Shown here piece after piece: positions 1 through 8,494 of a stretch of 64,000 nt of DNA. A program made the translations under genes and the position numbers. Source of the stretch: Nitrososphaeria archaeon (lineage in GTDB: Archaea > Thermoproteota > Nitrososphaeria > Nitrososphaerales > JANXEG01); NCBI GenBank assembly GCA_029775915.1, contig JARVKA010000001.1:98594-162593 (forward strand), read 5' to 3'. The first letter of the stretch is position 1, and each line of letters begins with the position of its first letter. Below the pieces are notes generated by a model. It saw only the letters and a list, made by a program, of their open reading frames with translations, made no database searches and was not told where the DNA came from.

Positions 1-1057
1 TATTTCTCAATTCAAACTCATCATATTGTGAAGTTTCTAAAACCGAATTTTTGTAAGGAAGTGAAATTAACAATCTCAAGAGAGATTCTAAACATTCATC
101 AGAAAACTTTAATCTAAACTCTTCTTTCAATTTCTCAATAAATTTTAATCCAACTTCTGAGATGATTGTACCATCTTTAACTACCTCCAACACACTACGT
201 GCAAATAATTCATACACGTAATAATTCTTTACCAAAGTAATTAAATCACTTATATCGCCCGTATTTAACAATGGTATTATATCTTTTATAGGGAATGAAT
301 CTTTCCAATATTTTTCGAATAATTCAAACTCTAAAATTGAATAAAGCTCATTCGATTGAATGAATAAGCCTGTCCCTCTACCTCCATCTACAATTAATAA
401 TTGCGTATCATCTGAAATAAATACGCTTTGTCGAAAAATGTGATGAGAAACTCTTAATTTAACATTTGATGGAAAACAATTTTTCACATTATCTATACTT
501 GATGAGAGTAAGATTTTAAAATCGATATTTGTAGAGAATTTATCCTTAAATGGATTAAACGCATCTTGTAAAAGCTTAAAGCCCCACCCATCAACTATAC
601 AATGAATATACCTTCTTACTCCTTGAATGATTTGAGTAAGCTTTGTTAAAATAGCTTGCCCTCCCAAATTTGTATGTGTTACCTCATTAGCACCCTCTCT
701 AAATTTTAACTCCTCACTAAAGCGTTTAAGTTTGAGTATCGCTCTCTTTAACCTTCTCAACCTTCGTTCTTCTTGGGAAAGAATCTGTTCGAAGCTATCC
801 TTCATTGGTGTTATTTGACAGCGAATAGGCTTACTTGGGAGTATCACAATGAGCTTTTTATTCGCTAGCTTTTTAACGGTCGTATAAGCTTTTGTTCTCG
901 GTATGCCAGCATAATACGCTAATTCACCAATAGGTAGCGAACCTTTTCTTACTAAAGCAATATATGCTTTAGCTTCATAAGCAGAGAGTCCAAGATCCTC
1001 TAACGTTGCAGTTAAATCTGATATATCTTGATTAGTCACCTTGATATGCGTCACCAT
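1..1057 (-). CDS. TrmB-family winged-helix transcriptional regulator, partial (C-terminus lies beyond the window start)
   Basis: Not in the ORF track because no stop lies inside the window. My translation from ATG at 1057 (minus strand) reads MVTHIKVTNQDISDLTATLEDLGLSAYEAKAYIALVRKGSLPIGELAYYAGIPRTKAYTTVKKLANKKLI... This is the same LGL-x-YE-x-KAY..G-IP-x-K-Y wHTH signature as the TrmB paralog at 12780-13541. The frame stays open to position 1 (last residues ..SQYDEFELRN). Confidence 0.6.
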   Translation of the reverse strand, partial: MVTHIKVTNQDISDLTATLEDLGLSAYEAKAYIALVRKGSLPIGELAYYAGIPRTKAYTTVKKLANKKLIVILPSKPIRCQITPMKDSFEQILSQEERRLRRLKRAILKLKRFSEELKFREGANEVTHTNLGGQAILTKLTQIIQGVRRYIHCIVDGWGFKLLQDAFNPFKDKFSTNIDFKILLSSSIDNVKNCFPSNVKLRVSHHIFRQSVFISDDTQLLIVDGGRGTGLFIQSNELYSILEFELFEKYWKDSFPIKDIIPLLNTGDISDLITLVKNYYVYELFARSVLEVVKDGTIISEVGLKFIEKLKEEFRLKFSDECLESLLRLLISLPYKNSVLETSQYDEFELRN

Positions 1058-1116
1058 AGTAACATTAACTTCTAGTACATTAACAATAAAGAATATAGTT
1101 TATTAATTTCAACTAG

Positions 1117-1776
1117 GTGCTAAAATTGTCCCAATTTATTAATAAATGGAATAAACCAAAAGGTTCGAGCCTCGGTGATAGAATTAAAGAGGCTATGAAG
1201 CCAACTGGTCCATTAAAACCACGTTTAGAGCAAGCTATAAGGAGTATTCAAATTCAAATCGCAAAGCTTGAGGCTGTTTCCAGTAAGTTGAAGGATAGAG
1301 ATTCAAAAATCTTCAATAAAGTTGTAGGATCGATTACCAAGCATGATATGGCTCATGCTTCAATATACGCTAATGAACTTGCTGAATTGAGAAAGATGCA
1401 TAAAATAGTAACTCAAGCTAAATTAGCCCTTGAGCAAATAGTACTCCGTTTGAACACAGTTCAAGAGTTAGGTGATATTGTTGTTACTCTTACACCAGCG
1501 ATGTCCGTTATTAAGAGCGTTAAATCAGGTTTAACCAGCATCCTACCTGAAGCGGAGCGTGAGATTAGCGAAATAAGTGGTTTACTTGGTAGTGTATTGG
1601 TAGATGCGGGCCAAATCGGTGGCTATACTATCAATTTCGAAGCTGCTAATGAAGATGCTGAAAAGATACTTAATGAAGCATCAGCTATAGCAGAGCAAAG
1701 AATGAAAGAGAAATTCCCAGACTTACCTACTGAAATTCCAGAACCACCAACCGCTGAATCTGAAAGCCTATCTTAA
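1117..1776 (+). CDS. cdvB: ESCRT-III / Snf7-family cell division protein CdvB
   Basis: 219-aa all-helical ORF in the same operon-like unit as a Vps4 gene. It is homologous along its whole length to the ORF at 22793-23473. Pro-rich acidic tail (KFPDLPTEIPEPPTAESE). GTG start inside a GGTG motif. Confidence 0.8.
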   Translation: MLKLSQFINKWNKPKGSSLGDRIKEAMKPTGPLKPRLEQAIRSIQIQIAKLEAVSSKLKDRDSKIFNKVVGSITKHDMAHASIYANELAELRKMHKIVTQAKLALEQIVLRLNTVQELGDIVVTLTPAMSVIKSVKSGLTSILPEAEREISEISGLLGSVLVDAGQIGGYTINFEAANEDAEKILNEASAIAEQRMKEKFPDLPTEIPEPPTAESESLS

Positions 1777-1793
1777 GCTGTACACTAAAATAT

Positions 1794-1875
1794 GGTAGTG
1801 CGACAGCTATGTGCCTTGTTATTATAAAAACTCTGAGTTTTTATAATAATGGGGATAATCAGCTGTCGCACTACC
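1794..1875. repeat. Nested perfect inverted repeats (82-nt potential double hairpin) in the cdvB / ESCRT-III-like spacer
   Basis: Outer arms are GGTAGTGCGACAGCT (1794-1808) and AGCTGTCGCACTACC (1861-1875), a 15/15 match. The inner palindrome is TTATTATAAAAACTC (1819-1833), T, GAGTTTTTATAATAA (1835-1849), also 15/15. Confidence 0.85.
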
Positions 1876-1921
1876 TCATTTTATTTAACCAACATTACCC
1901 AATTATAGGTGATGATTTTCT

Positions 1922-2659
1922 TTGTTAAAATTAATCTTTCCTATTAAAAGTCTGATTAAACTTATTCATCAAAATAAAGATAAAGATTTAGAGTATAAAG
2001 TAAATAAAGCCATAAGGCAAATTGAAATTCAATATCGAGAGTTAGAAGGTTTAAGAAGAAAGATAGAGATTCGAAGATTAGCCCTTTTTAAGGCTACCGT
2101 GAAAGCTATTGAGCAAAGGGATTGCGCAAAAGCATCCATATGTGTAAATGAATACGTTGAGTTGAAAAAGGTGATCAAAGCGATTTCACACAGTATGATG
2201 GCTTTAACTTTTGTGTCATTAAAATTGGAGAGTATGCGTGACATAAAGGATGTGATGTATCATGTATCATCTGCATTTAAGTTGATTAAAGGGTTGAATA
2301 AAATCATTCCAAATCTTACCATTATACTTGAAAGTTTTACAGAGGAAATAAACTCGACGTTAACCGAGATTACGACTTGCTGTGCAATACCCAATATAAT
2401 AATTGATAATGATTTTGAAGATTGTGAAAAAATATTAGCGCAAGCGAGGAGCTATGTAAAGGAAAGATTCTTAACTAAAGAACCTATCCAACAATCTGAA
2501 AGTTATTTATCTCAAATTAATGAATGCATTTCCTATTATAATGGAAAACAAATTGATAATTCATTTAAATTGAATCTCTCTCCTAATGAAGCTATATTAC
2601 GTAATATTTCTCAAACCGAATCAGAATTATCAGAGATTTTATGTGAGGGGATAGCATGA
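1922..2659 (+). CDS. Diverged ESCRT-III (Snf7-like) paralog with extended C-terminal tail
   Basis: 245-aa helical ORF. Segments align by eye with CdvB: KAIRQIEIQ vs QAIRSIQIQ, NEYVELKKV vs NELAELRKM, DCEKILAQARSYVKERF vs DAEKILNEASAIAEQRMKEKF. Its stop overlaps the vps4 start (ATGA at 2656). Confidence 0.55.
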   Translation: MLKLIFPIKSLIKLIHQNKDKDLEYKVNKAIRQIEIQYRELEGLRRKIEIRRLALFKATVKAIEQRDCAKASICVNEYVELKKVIKAISHSMMALTFVSLKLESMRDIKDVMYHVSSAFKLIKGLNKIIPNLTIILESFTEEINSTLTEITTCCAIPNIIIDNDFEDCEKILAQARSYVKERFLTKEPIQQSESYLSQINECISYYNGKQIDNSFKLNLSPNEAILRNISQTESELSEILCEGIA

Positions 2660-3846
2660 GCGCAGATGCAGCAAAAGAATTGGAGAATGCAGCAAGTAGG
2701 TACGCAGCAGAAGCTATTAGATTAGATTCACAGGGAGCTCGTGGAATGGCTATTGAAATGTATCAACGAGCAATAGCAACACTCATTAAACTTGCTAAGT
2801 TATACCCCGATTATAATCTCAATAAATTATATATGGAGCGAGCTTTAGCTTATCAACAAAGAATCAAAGCCCTTCAATTAGCTCATGGTATTAATATTTC
2901 AGAGAAAAGTCAAGCAGCTACGAATGAAAGTAATCATGGTCCTAAAATGGTTCAATCTCTTAAAGCTTCTTATTCAGATCTTATATTAGAAGAGAAGCCT
3001 GATGTAAAATGGGAAGAGGTTGTAGATCTTGAAGATGCTAAGAGAGCAATTCAAGAATCTATAATCTTCCCTACCCAACGCCCAGATTTATTTCCCTTAG
3101 GCTTCCCAAGAGGCATACTACTTTACGGCCCACCGGGTTGTGGTAAAACGATGTTAGCAGCAGCTACAGCTGCTGAGATTAAAGGGCGATTTATAACTGT
3201 TGATGCAGCAACAATTATGAGTAAATGGTTAGGAGAGGCTGAGAAGAATGTTGCTCAACTTTTCGAATATGCACGAAATATCGTTATTAATGAAAATACT
3301 CCAGTAATAATCTTTATCGATGAGGTTGATTCATTACTCGGTACAAGGAGTCAAGAGGTTGGTGGTGAAGTTCGTGTGAGAAATCAATTCCTTAAAGAGA
3401 TGGATGGTATCATGGATAAGGGTAAGAAAAACCTTCATTTATACGTGATAGGTGCTACAAACAAACCTTGGTGTTTAGATTGGCCATTTTTACGCCGCTT
3501 CCAAAGGCGAATTTATGTACCTTTACCAGATTTAAAATCGAGGATTGAAATGTTTAATCTTTATACCGCACCATTAAAGTTAAGTGAAAATGTGAAGGTT
3601 GAAGAACTTGCTAAATTAACTGAAGGGTATACGGGTAGTGACATTCGAGATATATGCCAATCTGTTCAAATTAGAGTTGTAGCAGAGTTATTTGAGAGTG
3701 GTATGGCATTGGATAAAACATCAAAGCCTCGTGAGATCACAATGAATGATTTTAAGGAGGTTTTAAAGTTTAGAAAGCCGAGTATTTCGAAGGATATGAT
3801 TAGAGCATATATAACGTGGTCTGAAAACTTTAAAGCATTGGTTTAA
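2656..3846 (+). CDS. cdvC: Vps4-type AAA+ ATPase CdvC (MIT domain + AAA)
   Basis: N-terminal helical MIT-like region, Walker A GPPGCGKT, Walker B IIFIDEVD, and RRFQRRIYVPLP in the second region of homology. 396 aa, directly downstream of the ESCRT-III genes. Confidence 0.9.
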   Translation: MSADAAKELENAASRYAAEAIRLDSQGARGMAIEMYQRAIATLIKLAKLYPDYNLNKLYMERALAYQQRIKALQLAHGINISEKSQAATNESNHGPKMVQSLKASYSDLILEEKPDVKWEEVVDLEDAKRAIQESIIFPTQRPDLFPLGFPRGILLYGPPGCGKTMLAAATAAEIKGRFITVDAATIMSKWLGEAEKNVAQLFEYARNIVINENTPVIIFIDEVDSLLGTRSQEVGGEVRVRNQFLKEMDGIMDKGKKNLHLYVIGATNKPWCLDWPFLRRFQRRIYVPLPDLKSRIEMFNLYTAPLKLSENVKVEELAKLTEGYTGSDIRDICQSVQIRVVAELFESGMALDKTSKPREITMNDFKEVLKFRKPSISKDMIRAYITWSENFKALV

Positions 3847-5169
3847 TTATGGTGTAAGTCTAAATCGATCTCTTGGATAAAGTACAACCTCTCTAATATT
3901 CTTCTTACCTGTTAAAACCATCATTAATCTATCCAATCCCATACCCCAACCCGAGTGGAATGGCATCCCCCAATCATAAACTTTTAAATGTGAAGAAAAA
4001 CTTTCGAGATCTAAATTTGATTGAATAAGCCTCCTTTTTAATTCCTCTTTTCTCCACACTCTCAAACCTCCAGATGCTATCTCCAAGTATCCATATTGTA
4101 AATCAAAAGAGTGTGTGAATTCAGGATTATCTTCCTTTACTTCAATGTAGAATGGCTTTAACTTTGTAGGCCACTCTGTTATAAAGTAAAACTCATTATA
4201 CTTTTTTCCAATTATACGAAGAAGACTATCCGTTAAATCATCCCCAATATTAATGTTAATACCATCTTTACGAAGTTCTTCAATAGCTTGAGAATATGTG
4301 ATTCTTTTAAATGGTTTAATAGGTTTTGGAGGCGAATAATTCAATATCTCTAACTCTTTCTTACACTGCTCAGAAACATCTTTGAATACATTAACAATAA
4401 TATCCTCAGCAACTTCCATTGCGTCATTCTCATCGAAGTAAGCGGCTTCCATATCCACACTGATAAATTCGTTAAGATGCTTACGAGTATGTGATTTTTC
4501 AGCTCTAAAGAAATTGGATATTTCAAATACACGTTCAAGTGATAATGTTAATTGCTCTTTGTATAATTGTGGACTTTGTGCTAAGTAAGCGATTTTTCCA
4601 AAATAATCGAGAGAGAATAAATTCGCCCCTCCCTCAGCTGCTTGACCAATAATTCTCGATGTGTTAACTTCAATAAAACCTCTCTCTATGAATGTTTTTC
4701 TAATAGATTGAAGAGCGTGATGGCGAATTTTAAAAATAGCTGCAACACTTGGGTTACGAAGATCTAAAGCTCTAGCATCTAATCTCGTATCTATTGAAGC
4801 TTTCACTCTACCAGTAGGATCAATAGGTAATGGATGAATCGCTTCAGCTAAAATCTCTAACTTTTCACCTTCTACTTCAACCTCAAAATCCTTCGCTTTA
4901 CTCTCTTTAACCTTCCCCTCAACCATTATTACACTCTGCCTAGGTATTTTTTTTACAACTTCAAATAATTCTAATGGGGTTCTCTCTTTAGTAAAAACAA
5001 TTTGAGCCTTTCCCATCACATCTCGAATAGTTAGAAAGATAATACCTCCTAAAGCACGGATATCCTCAATCCAACCGATTACACTTACCTTACTACCTAA
5101 CAAGCTTTTACTCAATTGTGAAGAATAATGTGTTCTTCTAACTTTTCTCAAATTCAACAAGTAATTCAA
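3847..5169 (-). CDS. aspS: Aspartyl-tRNA synthetase (archaeal class IIb)
   Basis: OB-fold N-terminus GWIEDIRALGGIIFLTIRD, motif 2 FRAEKSHTRKHLNEF, motif 3 GMGLDRLMM. 440 aa. Confidence 0.9.
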   Translation of the reverse strand: MNYLLNLRKVRRTHYSSQLSKSLLGSKVSVIGWIEDIRALGGIIFLTIRDVMGKAQIVFTKERTPLELFEVVKKIPRQSVIMVEGKVKESKAKDFEVEVEGEKLEILAEAIHPLPIDPTGRVKASIDTRLDARALDLRNPSVAAIFKIRHHALQSIRKTFIERGFIEVNTSRIIGQAAEGGANLFSLDYFGKIAYLAQSPQLYKEQLTLSLERVFEISNFFRAEKSHTRKHLNEFISVDMEAAYFDENDAMEVAEDIIVNVFKDVSEQCKKELEILNYSPPKPIKPFKRITYSQAIEELRKDGININIGDDLTDSLLRIIGKKYNEFYFITEWPTKLKPFYIEVKEDNPEFTHSFDLQYGYLEIASGGLRVWRKEELKRRLIQSNLDLESFSSHLKVYDWGMPFHSGWGMGLDRLMMVLTGKKNIREVVLYPRDRFRLTP

Positions 5170-5647
5170 TCCCCCTTACTTCCTTTGCGATTTTAATTAC
5201 TTTTTCTATATCTATAGGGAATCTTTTAGTCTTTTTGCCAGGAATTATTACCTTTGTGAGCTTACTCCCATCAGGAAGCCAAACAACATTTACTGTAAGA
5301 ATTCTAATTGGGTAAAATAAATCCTCAAGCATAACTCGATCTGTACTCTCTCCCTCTAAAAGCCACAACTTTCCACCTAAATCATCTTCCAATCTCTTTT
5401 GTAAGGTAGGATCTCTACGTATAAATGCTAAATCCCCTGCGCTCAAAATTAATACTAAATCACTATTTATAGTTAAAGCTTTTTGAAGTGTAATTTTATT
5501 TAACTCAGGGAATTTACTCGCTAATTTAACGAGTTTTATTGATGCATCTACATCCGCTTTGGTAATATGCCCTCCTCTCAATTTAGCTTCACATTTTGGG
5601 CATAGAATCCCAGTCTTTGCATCGAATAAACAAATCGGTAGCTTCAA
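5138..5647 (-). CDS. Conserved archaeal zinc-ribbon protein, possibly a NusA-like KH RNA-binding protein
   Basis: 169 aa. N-terminal CPKC zinc knuckle (LFDAKTGILCPKCEAKLRGGHITKADVD) followed by an alpha/beta region. From memory it resembles crenarchaeal proteins annotated NusA-like; this is unverified. It overlaps the aspS start by 32 nt. Confidence 0.3.
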   Translation of the reverse strand: MKLPICLFDAKTGILCPKCEAKLRGGHITKADVDASIKLVKLASKFPELNKITLQKALTINSDLVLILSAGDLAFIRRDPTLQKRLEDDLGGKLWLLEGESTDRVMLEDLFYPIRILTVNVVWLPDGSKLTKVIIPGKKTKRFPIDIEKVIKIAKEVRGIELLVEFEKS

Positions 5648-5713
5648 ACTCTATAGTATGTCGGAATTAAGGGTAAATAAAGATATATGGAAAAAAAGGT
5701 GGGTGTGGCCTTG

Positions 5714-5989
5714 TTACTTTCCTAGTTGAATCTCCATCGAGCTGACGTTACTAACAGTGCCTGTTTGTTCATTCTTTATTTGCTCTGTATCGATACTGAT
5801 TTTTTTCACTTTTACATCAGTTAAGAATCGCTTGGTAACGATTTGTACTACATCCACAGCCTTACTAATAGCTCTCCCCCGCGCCTTTACAATTACCTCA
5901 TTCGAACCGTCTTGGAAGAGTGTTAAGCAGGCCAGCACGTAATTCATTACAGGCTTCTTACCCACTAGTACAACGTTTGTTGTTGCCAT
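5714..5989 (-). CDS. albA: Chromatin / RNA-binding protein Alba (Sso10b family)
   Basis: 91 aa. [14 protein letters not shown]...[13 protein letters not shown]... matches the Alba family in length and signature. GGTGG Shine-Dalgarno-like motif upstream. Confidence 0.9.
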   Translation of the reverse strand: MATTNVVLVGKKPVMNYVLACLTLFQDGSNEVIVKARGRAISKAVDVVQIVTKRFLTDVKVKKISIDTEQIKNEQTGTVSNVSSMEIQLGK

Positions 5990-6117
5990 TTAACCACCTA
6001 CTCTATTGAAAAGCCTTTAATAACCTTACTTAAATACATTTCGGTAAAGAACTATCTATTAAAAATTAATAGAAAAATTTTAATCGAATATTTTGGAGGG
6101 TTAATAATGGTGTTAAG

Positions 6118-6285
6118 ATGCCAATCACAGACGTTGCTAAGAAGCAAATAGCACAAAGAAGAAGATTATTTTTTAAGATTTGCCTCAGATGTGGTGCTAA
6201 AAATGCTATTAACGCTATTAGGTGTAGGAAATGCAGATCTGAAGACCTTAGGTTGAAGAATAGGGCGTTAAGCGCAAAGAAGTAA
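6118..6285 (+). CDS. rpl40e: Ribosomal protein L40e
   Basis: Below the track cut-off; my translation is MPITDVAKKQIAQRRRLFFKICLRCGAKNAINAIRCRKCRSEDLRLKNRALSAKK (55 aa). It has a CxxC...CxxC zinc ribbon and the basic N-terminus typical of L40e. Confidence 0.8.
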   Translation: MPITDVAKKQIAQRRRLFFKICLRCGAKNAINAIRCRKCRSEDLRLKNRALSAKK

Positions 6286-6395
6286 TTAAAGGTTAAAATA
6301 TTATTTTGATAAAGCTAAATAAAACTTCAATGTGAAATATGAATCATCTCGAATTATAATGATTTTCAAAATTAATTAAACTATGCTATATAAAA

Positions 6396-6549
6396 TGGTG
6401 GGGACGGTGGGATTTGAACCCACGACCTACAGGTTCCTCCCGCTCCAGATGGGGCATCATCCATACGTCAGAGAACCTATAGTTAACCTCTGGAGCCTGT
6501 TGTCCTTCCTTTCCAGGGTTCCAGAGGAACCATGCTAGACGACGTCCCC
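6396..6549 (-). tRNA. tRNA-Trp (anticodon CCA) with two introns and an encoded CCA end
   Basis: Acceptor GGGGACG/CGTCCCC. D arm GTCT..GGAC. Anticodon arm ACAGG-CUCCAGA-CCTGT. Variable loop AGGTC. T arm GTGGG-TTCAAAT-CCCAC. Discriminator A, with CCA at 6396-6398. There are two insertions: 21 nt in the D loop (6507-6527) and 55 nt at position 37/38 (6435-6489). Confidence 0.7.
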
Positions 6550-6698
6550 ACTTTAAAAGTTCAAATAATTTATTGTTTATTAAGTTTGATATATACGTTA
6601 CTTAATGATCATTAAGAATAAGAGATGTTAATGAAATTTGAAAGACTCAGAATGCTTAATTTGTTTCAGTAATTACTATAAGAATGGGATGATACTTT

Positions 6699-7136
6699 TT
6701 GATAAATGTTAGAAGGTGCAAATGGGAAGATTTAAATCGAGTCTTAGAGATTGAAAGAACTTCATTCAATCAACCTTATGATCGAAACGTATTCATATAC
6801 TACTTAATGAATGAATCTGAAAGGTTTTTAGTAGCTGAAGTGAATAATTTTGTAGTTGGTTATATTATCTCATCTATATTAAATAATGTGGGTTTGATAA
6901 TTTCATTAGCTGTGGATAATAAGTGGAGAAGAAAAGGCATTGGGAAAAAGTTATTAGAAGTGGCTTTTCAACAATTATCAAATAAAGTAAAACGTGTTGA
7001 ACTTCAAGTGAGGGTGAGCAATGAATCTGCATTGCGTTTTTATCTCAATTTTGGATTTAAGATTGAAAAAAGAATAAAAGAATATTACCCTGATGGAGAA
7101 GATGCATACCTTATGGCAAAAGATCTTGATTTTTAA
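6699..7136 (+). CDS. rimI: GNAT N-acetyltransferase, RimI / archaeal Ard1-like
   Basis: 145 aa. Acetyl-CoA binding motif RRKGIGKKLL. Overall pattern of ribosomal-protein-alanine / N-alpha acetyltransferases. Confidence 0.8.
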   Translation: MINVRRCKWEDLNRVLEIERTSFNQPYDRNVFIYYLMNESERFLVAEVNNFVVGYIISSILNNVGLIISLAVDNKWRRKGIGKKLLEVAFQQLSNKVKRVELQVRVSNESALRFYLNFGFKIEKRIKEYYPDGEDAYLMAKDLDF

Positions 7137-7219
7137 CTTAATTACTATTGTATCCTCAAAATTAATCTTTTTACATCACAAAAGACTTAATATGTGGCAT
7201 CATTTATTAATTCTTTGAT

Positions 7220-8206
7220 ATGAGCAAGGAGGAATTAGAGCTCGATACATTGGAAGGCATAGGGCCAGTTACAAAGCAAAAATTGATAGATGCTGGAATA
7301 TACACAATTCTTGATCTTACTATTCGAGGCCCTATGGAGATAGCAGATGCTTTAGGTTGGGATTTGCATAGAGCTATTGAGCTTTGCAATAAAGCACGAA
7401 TGAAGCTCATAGAACTTGGTAAATTGGAAAAGGATTTCGTATCAGCTAGTGAAGTGTATAAGAAAAGGCAAGCTATAGAAAGAATTACAACTGGCTCAAA
7501 AAATCTCGATGATCTTTTAGGCGGCGGTATTGAAACACAAGCTGTGACTGAATTTTATGGAGAGTTTGGCTCTGGAAAGACTCAAATATGCCATACATTA
7601 TGCGTGACTGTACAATTACCGAGAGAAAAAGGCGGTCTTCAAGCTGGTGCGGTTTATATAGATACTGAGAATACATTCCGACCAGAGCGTATAATCGAAA
7701 TAGCGAGTGCTCGTGGTTTAAATCCTGAACAAGTTTTGCAAAGAGTTATCGTTGCAAAAGCATACAATAGTGCACATCAAGAGCTTATTGTAGGAGAATT
7801 GGGTAGCGTTATTAATGAGAATAACATAAAGTTAGTGATTGTTGATTCAGCGGTAGCTCATTTTAGAGTTGAATTTCTTGGTAGAAGTACATTAGCTGAA
7901 AGGCAACAAAGATTAAATCACTTTATGCACTTATTATTAAGAACCGCTGAAGCTTATAACGTTGCTTTCGTAGTTACCAATCAAGTTCAAGCCGCACCCG
8001 ATGTATTCTTTGGCGACCCATCAAAACCAACAGGTGGTCATGTGGTAGCACATACCAGTACTTATAGAATTTATTTGAGAAAAGCTGCGAAGAATAGAAT
8101 TGCTCGTATGGTAGATAGTCCTTATCATCCTGAAAGGGAAGCGGTCTTTATACTTAATGAGAAAGGAATAGATGATCCTGAGGAAGAAACACCTCGTAAA
8201 AAATAG
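7220..8206 (+). CDS. radA: DNA repair and recombination protein RadA
   Basis: HhH N-terminal domain LEGIGPVTKQKLIDAGI, Walker A GEFGSGKTQ, Walker B LVIVDS. 328 aa. Confidence 0.95.
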   Translation: MSKEELELDTLEGIGPVTKQKLIDAGIYTILDLTIRGPMEIADALGWDLHRAIELCNKARMKLIELGKLEKDFVSASEVYKKRQAIERITTGSKNLDDLLGGGIETQAVTEFYGEFGSGKTQICHTLCVTVQLPREKGGLQAGAVYIDTENTFRPERIIEIASARGLNPEQVLQRVIVAKAYNSAHQELIVGELGSVINENNIKLVIVDSAVAHFRVEFLGRSTLAERQQRLNHFMHLLLRTAEAYNVAFVVTNQVQAAPDVFFGDPSKPTGGHVVAHTSTYRIYLRKAAKNRIARMVDSPYHPEREAVFILNEKGIDDPEEETPRKK

Positions 8207-8215
8207 TGATTAATT

Positions 8216-8476
8216 ATGCCATGCTTTTTAACAAGAATTAAACGCTTACCTTTGAGATTAAGACAGAATCTCACAATTCCCATAGGTGAAGATTTTGAAA
8301 GAGAGTTAATGAGAGAATTAGGTGTAGATACTCATGAGGAAATGGCTAAACGAATTGAGTCTATGGGTGATGAAACTTTTTTAACTCTAATTAATACCAT
8401 TGTAAATAGAATAAGGAAAGCCTCACGTAAAACCTCAGAGGAAATTATTCAAAAGGAAGTTATTTACATAACTTAA
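8216..8476 (+). CDS. Hypothetical protein
   Basis: 86-aa ORF starting 9 nt after the radA stop on the same strand. No motif recognised. Confidence 0.4.
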   Translation: MPCFLTRIKRLPLRLRQNLTIPIGEDFERELMRELGVDTHEEMAKRIESMGDETFLTLINTIVNRIRKASRKTSEEIIQKEVIYIT

Positions 8477-8494
8477 CTTGGAATATATTTATAA

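Noticed and set aside
2029-2244. Short antisense ORFs embedded in longer genes. This one is an example; the same applies to 4350-4538, 5757-5942, 7207-7410, 7485-7676, 9337-9621, 9904-10122, 11482-11664, 14131-14325, 17906-18184, 21477-21671, 23119-23301, 23547-23747, 24858-25184, 26458-26730, 28151-28402, 30109-30384, 31281-31535, 31833-32099, 34260-34451, 36962-37216, 40211-40682, 43457-43648, 44545-44745, 45251-45583, 49715-49975, 53446-53628, 54483-54743, 56199-56396, 56891-57076, 57658-57969, 58315-59890 (several), 60474-60656, 62340-62582 and 63183-63473.
   Set aside because: Each lies wholly or largely inside a longer opposite-strand ORF with clear family motifs. Their translations are low-complexity or hydrophobic shadows typical of AT-rich DNA, and none shows a recognisable motif or a ribosome-binding context.
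6435-6489. Possible box C/D guide RNA inside the tRNA-Trp intron (CUGA followed 6 nt later by GGAUGAUGC).
   Set aside because: There is only one D-like and one imperfect C-like box (UGAUGC lacks the second GA), and they are in D-before-C order. No second box pair is present and 55 nt is too short for a full C/D RNP guide. Not supportable from sequence alone.
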